This document shows positions 1-11,447 of a stretch of DNA of 53,139 nucleotides, in pieces (the first letter of the stretch is position 1; every line of letters begins with the position of its first letter). A model generated the notes under the pieces. It was not told where the DNA came from. It was given only the letters and a program-made list of their open reading frames with translations, and did not search any database. Origin of the DNA: Chiloscyllium plagiosum (lineage: Eukaryota); assembly GCF_004010195.1 (NCBI RefSeq), contig NC_057718.1:1564881-1618019 (forward strand), written 5' to 3'. Made by a program: the position numbers and the translations under genes.

Positions 1-109
1 ATCTTGCATTCAATACCTTGACCAATAAAGGCTGGTTTCTGGAGGTCAATCATCTCAATCCCAGCTATTTCAGCAGTAGTTCATCAAGGTGCCACATAGG
101 ATGCTGCTA

Positions 110-580
110 AGTAAGATGTTAGTGACGAGGTACTGGCATGGATAGAGGTTTGGCTGACTGGCAGAAGGCAGAGATTAGGGTTAAAGAGATCTTTTGCATG
201 ATGTCAACTGTTGACTTGTGGACTACCACAGAGATCTGTATTGGGACCACAACTATTCATGTTATACATTAATAATCTGGACAAAGCAACTGAGGGCATT
301 GTTGGAGGGGCCGATAAGTGGAGGGGTAGGGAGTATTGAGGAGGCAAGAAGGCTTCATAAGGATTTGGGCCGGTTGACAGTGTGGGCAAAAAAGTGACAA
401 ATGGAATATAATGTAGGAAAGTGAGACGTTACACACTTTTGTAGGAAGAATAGAGGCATAGCCTATTTTTTTAAATGGAAAACATCTTCCAAAATCTGAA
501 ACACAAAGGGACTTAAGAGTCAGGATTTTCTTAAGGTTACATGTAGGTTCCATTCACAGTTAGGAAGACAAATGTGATGT
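110..580 (+). mobile_element. Decayed CR1 LINE RT fragment
   Basis: Degenerate WIExWL…GxPQxSVLGPQLFMLYINNLD RT segment with stops and frameshifts. Confidence 0.7.
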
Positions 581-656
581 TTAGAACATAGAACATTATA
601 ACATAGTACAGGCCCTTCGGCTGACCTGTGGAAAGGATCTGAAGCCCATCTAACCT

Positions 657-942
657 GTTGTGGTTCTGTTCGCCGAGCTAGGAATTTGTGTTGCAGACGT
701 TTCGCCCCCTGTCTAGGTGACATCCTCAGTGCTTGGGAGCCTCCTGTGAAGTGCTTCTGTGATGTTTCCTCCGGCATTTATAAATGCCGGAGGAAAGATC
801 ACAGAAGCACTTCACAGGAGGCTCCCAAGCACTGAGGATGTCACCTAGACAGGGGACGAAACGTCTGCAACACAAATTCCCAGCTTGGCGAACAAAAGCA
901 CAACAACGAGCACCTGAGCTACAAATCTTCGCACAAACGTTG
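657..942 (+). mobile_element. Fold-back Penelope-like element end (family A) with hammerhead motifs, inserted in CR1 3' UTR
   Basis: Inverted arms centred at 780/781 (ccggcattta|taaatgccgg) with a ~37-nt unpaired tail. TSD agcccatctaacct at 643-656 and 943-956. Confidence 0.88.
829..868 (+). ncRNA. Minimal type I hammerhead ribozyme motif (PLE-associated)
   Basis: gca-CTGAGGA-t-gtcacct(agac)aggggac-GAAA-c-GTC-tgc. A mirror copy lies on the minus strand at ~693-732. Confidence 0.75.
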
Positions 943-3900
943 AGCCCATCTAACCTACACTATTCCATTCTCATCCATATGTGTATCCAATGACCATTTA
1001 AATGCCCTTAAAGTTGGCGAGTCTACTACTGTTGCAGGCAATGCATTCCATACCCCTATTACTCTCTGAGTAAAGAAACTACCTCTGACAGCTGTACAAT
1101 ATCTATCACCCCTCAATTTAAAGCTACATCCTCTCACGCTAGCCATTGCTATCTGAGGAAAAGGGCTCTCACTGTCTACCCTATGTAACTGTCAGGTTAT
1201 CTTGTATGTATCAATGAAGTCACCTCTCAATCTTCTTCTCTCTAACAAAAACAGCCTCACGTCCCTCAGCCTTTCCTCATAAGACTTTCCCTCCATACCA
1301 GGCAACATCCTCGTAAATCTCCTCTGAACCCTTTCCAAAGCTTCCACATCCTTCTATAATGCAGCGACCAGAACTGTATGCATCAATCCAAGTTGCGGCC
1401 TCACTAGAGTTTTGTACAGCTGCAGCTACAGATGATTTCATGGTTCTGAAACTCAATCTCTCTACCAATAAAAGCTGACACACCATATGCCTTCTTAACA
1501 ACTCTATCAAGCTAGGTGGCAACTTTCAAAGTTCAATGGACCTAGACACCAAGAGCCCTCTGCTCATCTACATGACCAAGAACCTTACCACTAGCCCAAA
1601 ACTCTGTATTCCTGTTACTCCTTCCAAAGTGAATGACCTCACACTTTTTTGCATTAAACTCCATTTACCACCTCTCAGCCCAGCTCTGCAGCTTGTCTAT
1701 GTCCCTCTGTAACCTACAATATTCTTCTGCACTATGCACAACTCTACCGACCTTAATGTCATCCACAAATTTACTAACCCATCCTTCTGCGCCCTCATCC
1801 AGGTCATTTATAAAAATGACAAACAGCAGTGGATCCAAAACAGATCTTTGTGGTACACCACGAGTAAATGACCTCCAGAATGAATATTTCCCTTCAACCA
1901 CCATCCTTTGTCTTCTTTCAGCTAGCCAATTTCTGATCCAAACCCCAAAATCACCCTCAATCCTATGCCTCTGTATTTTATGCAATAGCCTACCGTGGTG
2001 AGCCTTATCAAACACCTTACTGAAATCCATATACACCACTTCAACTGCTTTCCCCTCATCCATCTGTTTGGTCATGTTCTCAAAGAACTCAATAAAATTT
2101 TTGAGACACAACCTACCCTTCACGTTGACTATGCTTAATCAACTTATTCCTTTCCAGATGATTATAAATCCTATCTCTTTCACCCTTTCTGACACTTCAC
2201 CCACAACCAAAGTAAGGCTCACTGGTCTATAATTACCAAGGTTGTCTCTACTCCCCTTCTTGAACAAGAGAACAACATTTGCTAATCTCCAGCCTTCTGG
2301 CACTATACCTGTCAACAATGATGACATAAAGATCAAAGCCAAAGGCTCAGTAACCTCTTCCCTGACTTTCCAACGAATCCTAGGATAAACCCCATCTGGC
2401 CCAGGGGACTTATCTATTTTTAGACTTTCCAGAATTGCTAACACCTCCTCCTTGTGAGCCTCAATCCCATCTAGTCTAGTAGCTTGTATTTCAGTATTCT
2501 CCTCAACAACATTATTTTTTTCTCATGTGAAAACTGATGAAAAGTATTCGTTAAGCACTTCCCCTATCTCCTCTGACTCCATGTACAACTTCCCACTACC
2601 ATCCTTGATTGGTGCTAATCTTACCCTCATCATTCTTTTATTCCTGATAAACCGATAGAAAACCTTAGGGCTTTTGTTGATCCCATCTGCCAATGACTTC
2701 TCAAGTCCCCTCCTGGCTCTTCTTAACTCTCGTTAGGTCTTTCCTGGCTAATTTGTAACTCTCAAGCGCCCTAACTGAGCCACCACATCTCATCGTAACG
2801 TAAGCCTTCTTCCTCTTGACAAGAGATTGAACTTCCTTAGTAAAGCACGGCTCCCACGCTCAACAACTTCCTCCTTGCCTGACCGGTACATACTTAGCGA
2901 GGATTTGCAGTAGCTGTTCTTTGAATAAGCTCCGCATTTCAATTGTGCCCATCCCCTGCAGTTTGTTTCCCCATCCTAAGCATCCTACATCCTGCCAATT
3001 TGCGTCATAATTGCCTTTCCCCCAGCTATAAGTCTTGCCCTGTGGTATATACCTATCCCTTTCCATCGCTAAAGTAAACATAACCAAATTGTTGTCACTA
3101 TCACCAAAGTGCTCACTTACCTCCAAATCTAACACCTGGCCAGGTTCATTACCCAGTATCAAATCCAATGTGGCCTTGCCCCTTGTTGGCCTTTCTACAT
3201 ACTGTCAAGAAACCATGCTACACAAATTGGACAAAAACCGATCCATCTAAAGTACTCAAACTATAGTATTCCCAGTCAATATTTGAAAAGTTAAAGCCCC
3301 CCATGACAACTACCCTGTTACTCTCACTCCTATCGAGGATCAACTTTGCTATCCTATCCTCGACATCTCTGGAACTATTTGGAGGCCTATAGAAAACTCC
3401 CAACAGGGTGACCTCTCCTTTCCTGTTTCTAACCTTAGTCCTTACTACCTCAATAGACATGTCCTCAAAAGTCCTTTCTGCAACTGTATTACCGTCCTTG
3501 ACTAACAATGGCACACCTCCCCCTCTTTTACTATCTTCTCTGTTCTTATTGAAACATCTAAACCCCAAAACCTGCAATAACCATTCCTGTCCCTGCTCTA
3601 TCCATGTCTCTGAAATGGCCACAACATCGAAATCCCAGGTACCAACCCATGCTGCAAGTTCACCCACCTTATTCTGGATGCTCCTGGCATTGAAATAGAC
3701 ACACTTCAAACCAATTTCTTGCTTGCCGGTACCTTCTTGCGCCCGTGAAACCTTATTTCTGACCTCTTTACTCTCAAACTCCCATATACTTAAACTACAA
3801 TTCAGGTTCCCATCCTCCTGCTGAATTAGTTTAAACCCACCTGAGGAGAATTAGCAGATTTCCTCCTCAAGATATTGGTGAAGCAGACTTGATGTCATTC

Positions 3901-3964
3901 TCCTGCCTTTTCTTTTGGCCTTATAGTCTAAGGTAGAGTCCCCAGCTAATTGTTTTTTACTAAC

Positions 3965-4285
3965 TGATGAATTTGGGCATTACTGACTGGGCTTGCATTT
4001 ATTTATCATTCCTAATTTCCCACACGGCAATTCAAACTCAACCACATGACTGTACGTCTGAGCTCTCATGTAAATCTGACCAGGAAAGGCTGGCAGATTT
4101 CTTATAATGAACACTTGTGAACCAGATGACTTTTTAACAAGGATTGATCATCATTATCTGGTTGTCATTCGGCTAGCTTCATTCATTCCAGATTTTCATT
4201 GAATTCAAAATTCATCATCTGTATGGTCAGATTTAAGCTCAATTCCCTTGAACCATTAGCCTCGGGCTTTTGATTTCTAGTGAAG
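3965..4285 (-). mobile_element. Old SINE-like repeat (same family as 50880-51240)
   Basis: Its reverse complement resembles 50880-51240 (…catctggttcac…gaaatctgc…). Degenerate. Confidence 0.5.
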
Positions 4286-4289
4286 TGCC

Positions 4290-6265
4290 ATCCCTTACAA
4301 AGTTGCCAGAAAATGTTGCAAGTCTTAGTATTTTGAGAATTTTGGAATTCAGTAAAGATGAGCCAGAAAAATGCTAAGGGGAGAGTAGAATATGAATGTA
4401 AAATACCAAGAAACATAAAAAATGAATTGTAAAATACTCTGTTGCAATGTTAAAACATAAAGAATAGCAAAGCAAAATATGTGTCCATTACATTTATATC
4501 AGGAGACAGAGAAATGGCAGAGAAACTAAATAAGTACTCTGTGTTTGTCTTCATACAAGAAGACACAAGAAGCCTCAGTGAAATGTTTAAGATCCAAGGG
4601 CCTCGTGACAGTGTGGAATGGAAAGAATTAGTATTAGTCAAAAAAAAGTAGTATTGTGGAAATTAATGGTACTAAAATATAACAAATCTAGGAAATCCAA
4701 TGACTTTCACCCAGAGCACTGAAGGAGCTGGTCACAGAGACACTGGATGCATTAGTGATCACAGGCTCAGTCAGACAGATGAATGACTGTCGGGACAGAT
4801 AGGAAGGTAGCTCAGCAATGTCCTGTGGCTATTCCTGCCTCGAACAGAGATCCAGTTTTGGGTGCTTTTGAGGACGATAATCTCTCGGAGGAAAATAGAA
4901 GTTGCAGCCAGATCTCGGGCACCAAGAATAAATCTTAAGCAGAGTTTGTTGAGATTCAAAAGAGTAATTGTTACAAGGCACTCTCCCATCAGGGGCACAG
5001 ACAGGAGATTCTGCGGGCGTGAGCATGAATTCAGGATAGCATATTGCCTCCCTGATGCTACAGTCCAGGACGTCTCTAAACAATTGCAGCAGTTTGTAAA
5101 AGGGGAGAGCGAGAAGCTGGGAGTTGTTGTTCACATTGTTAAAAGCGACATAGTTATGGAAAGAGTTGAGGATTTGCAGAGTGAACATCGGAAAATTTAT
5201 GTAGAAGATTAAAAAGTAGAATTTGTAAAAGGTAGTGATCTCTTGATTACTCCCAGTGCATTTGCTAGTGAGAGTAGGAATGATAGCATACGGCAGATAA
5301 ATCAGTGGCTGAGGAGATGGTGCAGTGGTCAAGGATTCAGATTGTTGTATCATTGGAACCTCTTCTGGAGCAGAAAATACATGTTCAAAAGGGTGGGTTT
5401 CACCTGAACTGGAAGGGAACTAATATTCTGGTGGGGAGATTTACAGATCTTTTACAGATTACATTACAGTGTGGAAACAGGCCCTTCGGCCCAACAAGTC
5501 CACACCGCCTCGCTGAAGCGCAACCCACCCATACCCCTACATGTACCCCTTACCTAACACTACGGGCAATTTAGCATGGCCAATTCACCTGACCTGCACA
5601 TTTTTGGACTGTGGGAGGAAACCGGAGCACCCGGAGGAAACCCACGCAAACACAGGGAGAATGTGCAAACTAGGGCTTTTTGGGAGCCTTTAAATTAGTA
5701 GGGGTGGGAGTGCTGTGATGTGATGGATCCTAAGTGGTAATGAGAATGGGAAGACAGATGAGATGGTCCTGAATTAAAAATGAGCAAGTTAATTAGAAAA
5801 GGCAGGCAACAGTAAGTCAGCTAAATGCAGGCAAATAGGACTAGTTTAGTTTGGAAAATGTGAATGGCATTGATGAGTTGGACTGAAGGATCTGCTTCCA
5901 TGCTTTACGATTCTATGACTGTATCTTTAAAAATTCTACCTGTTCTGCAATAGAAGGCTGCAAATGTAATCCTACTATTTAAGAAAGGAGGGAGAGAGAT
6001 AAAAACAAGGAATTGTAGACCCGTTGTAAAGCTAGACATTACAGACACTGAAGATCTGAAATGAAAACAGTATGTGCTGTAGATATGCAGCAAGTTTGGC
6101 AATATCTCTGGATACAAAATCAGAGTTAATCTTTTAAATCTGATATGTCTTCTTCAGAACTGTTCTTTAGGAATGTGGTGGTGAGATGATTGATGAACTA
6201 AGATCTAAAATCGTAGATTAGGCTCAAGGGGCTGAGTGGCCAAATCCTGCTCCTGTGTTCTTCTG
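4290..6265 (+). mobile_element. Decayed CR1 ORF2 fragments hosting an internally deleted CR1 (4762-5921)
   Basis: The host reading DALVI|IFKNS…ANVILLFKKGGRE is split at ~4761/5922. The insert carries ORF1 esterase-like sequence (SPIRGTDRRFCG…HLNWKGTNIL) followed by a 3' tail. Confidence 0.7.
5440..5672 (-). mobile_element. HE1-type (V-SINE) fragment, 5' truncated
   Basis: Matches 35262-35590 (acagtgtggaaacaggcccttcggcccaacaagtccacacc…ggaggaaaccggagcacccggagg). Confidence 0.85.
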
Positions 6266-6327
6266 ATCATCCTTCCATCCTTTCAAGTAGGATCACCCTC
6301 AGACTACCTGTAATTCATCCTGTCCAG

Positions 6328-6890
6328 CACAGCTCAGTGGGCTTCACTGTGTTCTGAGTCAGAAGATTGCAGTTTGCATATCATTTTGCTGGCTTGAGAA
6401 CATGATCCAGTCTGTCACTCTCATGTCAGAACATTGCATGGGTTAATGTGCTGGATGAAACATTAAATTGTAGCTATTCATGCTCCTTAAGGTAGATGCT
6501 AATATGTTAAAGAGTTATTGAGAAATGAGCTGTGGAGGTGCCTTTAGTAAAAACTTAAAGAACTGCAGATGCTGGAAATCAAAAGCAAAAACTGAAATTG
6601 CTGGAAAACTTAGCAGTTCTGGCAGGATTTGTGGAGAGAAATCAGAGTTAATGTTTTGGGTTCAATGACTCTTCCTCAGAACTGATATTTTTAGTGTCTG
6701 GCTAATAGTTATCCCAAAACCAGCATCATCGTGGCTAATTAAACGTCGATGTTTATGGGATATTCTTGTGTGTAAATTGGCTGCCATATTTCCACATTGC
6801 AATGGTTAAATAAGTACTTGATTGTATGTAAGGAACTTTGGAACATGTGTAAGTAGTGAAAAGCATTAGAGAAAAGCAACTTTTCCTTGT
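6328..6890 (+). mobile_element. Degenerate Deu-domain SINE (SacSINE1/AmnSINE-like) interrupted by a PLE end at ~6545-6690
   Basis: tRNA-like head cagctcagtgg…ctgagtcagaag, Deu-like ggatgaaacattaaa…ggtagatg…gtctggctaatagttatccc and L2-like tail ctttgg…tgaaaagc. Recognised from recalled consensus only. Confidence 0.5.
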
Positions 6891-7012
6891 AACTATTCTG
6901 TGAAATGTGCCATATCATTGATCATTGGCCTTGCAGTTCATCCAGCACATGGCAGATACCTTGCCACCACCTCCACATTTTGTAATCAGAATGCTTTGTG
7001 TTGCTGTTACAG

Positions 7013-7162
7013 GTTTATGTCAAACTGCTGTTGCTGCTTTGTATGAACCTTGCCAGTCTTTTTATAAGCTACCTTTCTGTCCGGGCACAACGAATGGCAT
7101 TCTTGGAGACCAGGAAAAACATTGAAGGCCGACTCCTGCTGGAGGATGAAAATCAAAGACAG
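7013..7162 (+). CDS. ADCY8: Adenylate cyclase type 8-like, internal coding exon A (150 bp, phase 0/0; TM6 and start of helical/coiled-coil region)
   Basis: Acceptor ttgctgttacAG and donor cag|GTaaaa. Translates [50 protein letters not shown], resembling the ADCY8 pattern [25 protein letters not shown]...RLETENQRQ (recalled). Orthologue versus paralogue is unresolved. Confidence 0.9.
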
Positions 7163-7317
7163 GTAAAAGAAGTGGGGGAGGCATATTGATTTCCACAGAT
7201 TATGAGTTACTAAGTATGTTTTTTGCTGAGGATTTCCCATAGTTCCATCCTCCTACCCTCTGACCACATCCCCCAGTCCCACTACTCACAGCATCATCAT
7301 ATTATTCAGTCACTGTG

Positions 7318-7480
7318 CCCTTCAATCCCACTGACTCACCTTCTTACTATATCCCTCCATACAGCATAGTCACCTTCAATCTCACTGACATATCCTCCTC
7401 CTCATATCCTCAGTACTTTTGGTCACCTTCAATCCCACTGACTCACCTCCTTACCATATCCCTCAGTACTGACTAGTCAA
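7318..7480. repeat. Minisatellite, ~54 bp unit x3
   Basis: ccttcaatc(c/t)cactgac…atatcc(c)tc…gtca occurs three times in tandem. Confidence 0.8.
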
Positions 7481-8429
7481 CTTTATACAGTACCCCTCAT
7501 TCCCAGCTGCTTACCTTGGAGTGGAATGTGCGGGTGGTGACATTCTCAGCTGCCCTTATTCTTCAAGGTGGTAGATTCATAGACTTGGAAGATGCTACTG
7601 AAGGAGAGTGAGTGAGTTGCTGCACTGCATTTTGTACCACACACTGTTCTTTCCGGGAGTCTGCCTGTGATGGAGGATGTGAATGTTTAAGGTGGTAAAT
7701 GTTTTGGCAGTTAGGTGGACTTCTTTGTCCTGAAGGCATGGGGATAATACAACACAAAAGGAGGTTATTTCAACCTATCAAGTAAATGCTAGCACTTTGC
7801 AGAATAGTCCAGTCAATTCCATTCCCCCAGTCTACCCAGGTAAGGTTCAAGGAATTAAACAGGAAATTGTTGGGTTCAGGTTAGTTTTTTTTCGGAGAGG
7901 GGTGATGTCGGCATTTTTAAGGAGAGAGAATCAAGACTTAAAGAGAGAACATCAGTCACAATATCAGCTAACAGCAGAGGATGCTGGGTATCCAGTAGTT
8001 CAGTGGGAATAAACCTGGGGGATAAATAGGTACATCTCATGGATAAAATGGGTTTAGAGAGAACATAGGGACAATAGGTCAGGGACTGGAGAAAGGTGCA
8101 AATTCAGGCTGAGGGTGGAAGGAGCTTAAATAAAGTGTCATTTGTATTCGTTGAAGTGAGGGGCAAGGCAGAAGCAGTTGATTGGATTTTCTTGACCACA
8201 AAGTCCTGACCACCTCACACTTGATGGAAGTTAGGCTAGGGTGGCAGATGGATTCCAAAGGCAGCTTATGACAGAGAAAAGATGCACTTCTTTTCTTTTG
8301 TGTTTATGAGCAGTAAAAGCAGACCATACGAAGCAAGGATGTACAGATCAAAAAGACCTAGACAGAGGTATACAGGTTACATTGCACAGGGGCATGTGCT
8401 AGGCGACATTGATGTTAGCAAGATCAGCG

Positions 8430-8850
8430 TTATTTAAGGCTGGAGAGTCCATTCGTCATTCTAATAATAGCTGGGAAGAAGCTGCTCCTGAACCCACTGG
8501 TGCATGTGTTCAGGCTTCTGTATCTTCTGCCTGATGGAAGAGGTTGTAGGAGATCATTACTGGGGTGAGATGGGTTTTTGATGATGGTTCGCAGCCTTTC
8601 CACAGCAGCGAGCTGTATAAATGGAGTCCACGAATGGAAGGTTGTCTTCTGTGACAGTCTAGGCTGTGCCTGAGAGAAACTTCTGTAGTTTCTTATGATC
8701 CTGGGCAGAGCAGTTCCCATACCAGGCTGTTATGCACCTGGACAGTATGCTCTTAATGGTACATCTATAGAAGTTGATGAGGGTCCTTATGGACATGCCA
8801 AATTTCCCTAGCTGCTCAATGAAGAAGAGGCTGTCTTCTAGACTGTCGCG
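8430..8850 (-). mobile_element. Rex1/Babar-type LINE 3' end
   Basis: LxxFYRCTIKSILSRCITAWYGNCSAQD…IIKNPSHP…LPSGRRYRSL…RSSFFPAIIR is typical of the Rex1/Babar RT C-terminus. Confidence 0.8.
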
Positions 8851-10404
8851 TCTACATGGGGGAAATGTTGTAAACAAGACCAAGGCTAATCCCCTAGGAT
8901 ATGGGTTCAAATCCCAAAAAATGGGAGCTGGTGAAATTTAACTTCAGCCATTACATCTCGATGACAAAGCTAGCCTCAGTGAAGGTGACCATAATAACTA
9001 TGTTTCGTGTGGGGTTGGACGGGAGTGTCTGTTCAGTTCTATGGAAAATGATAAGGTAGTTCCAAAGTTTGCAGCAGCTCACCTCTATCAAATAGATATT
9101 TTGTTTTTGGAACTGTTGAAGGGGATAGTAAAATGGAAGGGCCAATCAGTTTTCGGACACTTGGAATGATTTTTATGTTAGGCAACGTTTGACAAGATTT
9201 AATAGAATTATTGTTATAGGGGACTCGCCTATCAGGGGCACAGACAAGAGATTCTGTGGCAGTGAGTGTAAATTTAGGATGGTTTGCTGCTTTGCTGGTG
9301 CTAGGATTAAGGACGTTTCTAAACCTTTCAAGCATTTTGTTAAAGGTGAGATTGCCAGAAAATGTTGTACACGTTGGTAAGAATGACATTTTTAAGGAAA
9401 AGATTAAAGCAGTACAGTGTGAATTTAAGACATTAGGTAGAGGGTTAAAAAATAAAACCTTAAAAGTAGTCATTTCTAGTTTGCTCCCAATGCCAAACTC
9501 AAAAAAGGAAAGGAACAAGAAGTTAAAGAGTTAAATCAATGGCTGAAGAGCTGTTGTATTGTTCAGGGATTCAGGTTTTTAGACAATTTGAAGGTCTTTT
9601 GTGAAAGAAACAACTGTTCAAAAAGGATGGGTCTAATCTAAACTGGAAAGGGATCACTATCTTAGCAGGGAAATTTGCTCAGCCTTTAAAAGGAGACTTT
9701 ATACTGTTTGAGAAGGCGAGTGAAGGAATTCTCAGTAGCAGTGTAAATGGAAGGATCGTTGGGTAAGGTTGTGAATGTGACAGCATGTCAATTAGAAAAG
9801 AAAGACAAGAGAGAGTCAGAGTATGTAGTAACTCTGAAGAACTAAATTGCATTTATTTCACTGCAAGTGGTCTTAGAGTTAAGGCTCATAAACTCAGGGC
9901 ACGTTTAAGAACATGGGATTAGAACATCAACTATTACAGAAACTTGGCCAAGAGATGGACAAGACTGGTAGCTTAATGTTCCGGGTTTTAGATGCTTTAG
10001 GAAGCATAGAAAAAGAGACAAGAAAGGAGGGCGTTAGTGTTTTTGATTAAGGAATATATTACTGCTGTAACTAGGAAAGATATTTCTGAAAAATCATCCA
10101 GTGAAAATATATTGGAAGATATTTCAAATCAGAAAGGAAAAATCACTTTGTTGGGATTGTACCATAGGGTCCTCCAATAGTAAGAGAGAAATTAAGAAAG
10201 AAACATGTAGGGAGATCTCAGATATATGTAATAATGGAAATTTTAATTTTCCTAACATTGACCGGAGCTACCATTGTGTCAAAGGTTTGGATGGTGAAGA
10301 ATTTGTTAAATGTGCTCAAGAAATTTTTCTTTATCAATATGTGGATGCTCCTACTGGAGAAGGAGCAAAACTAGACCTTCTTTTAGACAATAAGGCAGGG
10401 CAGG

Positions 10405-10543
10405 ATTTAGATTAGAGTAGTCATGGAAAAGCACAGCAGGTCAGGCAGCATCTGAGGAGCAGGACAATCCACGTTTCGGGCAAAAGCCCTTCATCAGGAA
10501 TGAAGGCAGGGAGCCTCCGGGGTGGAGAGATAAATGGGAGGGG
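10405..10543 (-). mobile_element. PLE 3' end (family C), non-fold-back
   Basis: TSD ggcagggcagg at 10394-10404 and 10544-10554. Minus-strand CTGATGA-a-gggc(tttt)gccc-GAAA-c-GTG has a mutated cleavage triplet. Confidence 0.8.
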
Positions 10544-10805
10544 GGCAGGGCAGGTGACTGAAATAAAAATGGGGGAACACTGTGGGTCTAGTGATCATAA
10601 TTCTATTAATTTTAAACTGGTTGGGGAAAAGGATAAGCCTTTCATAAATCTTAAAGTTTTTAATTGGATTAAGGCAAATTTTAATGGTGTGAGACAAGAA
10701 CTTTCAAAAGTTGATTGAAATAGACTGTTCACAGGTAAAAGAATACCTGACAAGTGGGAGGAGTTCAAGAGCTTGATGACGAGAGTTCAGAGGTATTTGT
10801 TTCTG

Positions 10806-11447
10806 CTGTGGTTCTGTTCGCCGAGCTGGAAGTTTTTGTTGCAAAAGTTTCGTCCCCTGGCTAGGCAACATCATCAGTGCTTGGGAGCCTCCTGCGAAGC
10901 GCTTCTTTGATGTTTCCTCTGGTGTTTATAGTGGTCTGTCCCTGCCGCTTCCGGTTGTCAGTTTCAGCTGTCCGCTGTAGTGGTTGGTATATTGGGTCCA
11001 AGTCGATGTGTTTGTTGATGGAGTTTGTGGATGAATGCCATGCCTCTAGGAATTCCCTGGCTGTTCTCTGTCTGGCTTACCCTGTGATAGTAGTGTTGTC
11101 CCAGTCGACTGGGACAACACTACTATCATAGGGCAAGCCAGACAGAGAACAGCCAGGGAATTCCTAGAGGCGTGGCATTCAGCCACAAACTCCATCAACA
11201 AACACATCGACCTGGACCCAATATACCAACCACTACAGCGGACAGCTGAAACTGACAACCGGAAGCGGCAGGGACAGACCACTATAAACACCGGAGGAAA
11301 CATCAAAGAAGCACTTCGCAGGAGGCTCCCAAGCACTGATGATGTTGCCTAGCCAGGGGACGAAACGTTTGCAACAAAAACTTCCAGCTCGGCGAGCAGA
11401 ACCACAGCAACGAGCACCCGAGCTACAAATCTTCGCACAAACTTTGA
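10806..11447 (+). mobile_element. Fold-back PLE (family A) with ~300 bp arms, including the GIY-YIG C-terminus
   Basis: Centre at 11106/11107 (cccagtc|gactggg). The right arm encodes DWDNTTIIGQARQRTAREFLEAWHS…INKHIDLDPIYQPL. It has a 38-nt tail and TSD gtatttgtttctg at 10793-10805 and 11448-11460. Confidence 0.92.
11333..11372 (+). ncRNA. Minimal hammerhead motif (GUU triplet)
   Basis: gca-CTGATGA-t-gttgcct(agcc)aggggac-GAAA-c-GTT-tgc. Confidence 0.65.

Larger units (their letters stand above)
581..3880 (-). mobile_element. CR1 LINE, near-complete ORF2 (APE endonuclease + RT), broken
   Basis: Minus-strand ORF pieces: MKCVYFNARSIQNK (EN), KSPGPDG…NYRPVSLT, YMDFSKVFDK…GVPQRSVLDPLLF…FVDD (RT) and FFTQRV…WNALP (C-terminus). 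The 3' tail lies near 581-640. Confidence 0.92.

Noticed and set aside
657..942. Hairpins as MITE/DNA transposons
   Set aside because: The inverted arms are not terminal (one-sided tail), TSDs are 11-14 bp and variable, and longer copies include GIY-YIG coding sequence. This points to PLE retroelements.
520..993. Pairs of near-identical ORFs on opposite strands (also 10877/11336, 13065/13287, 41197/41403)
   Set aside because: They are mirror translations of fold-back repeats, not genes or toxin-antitoxin-like pairs.
7318..7480. CRISPR-like repeat-spacer array
   Set aside because: The context is eukaryotic, the units are similar along their whole length with no unique spacers, and there are no cas genes.
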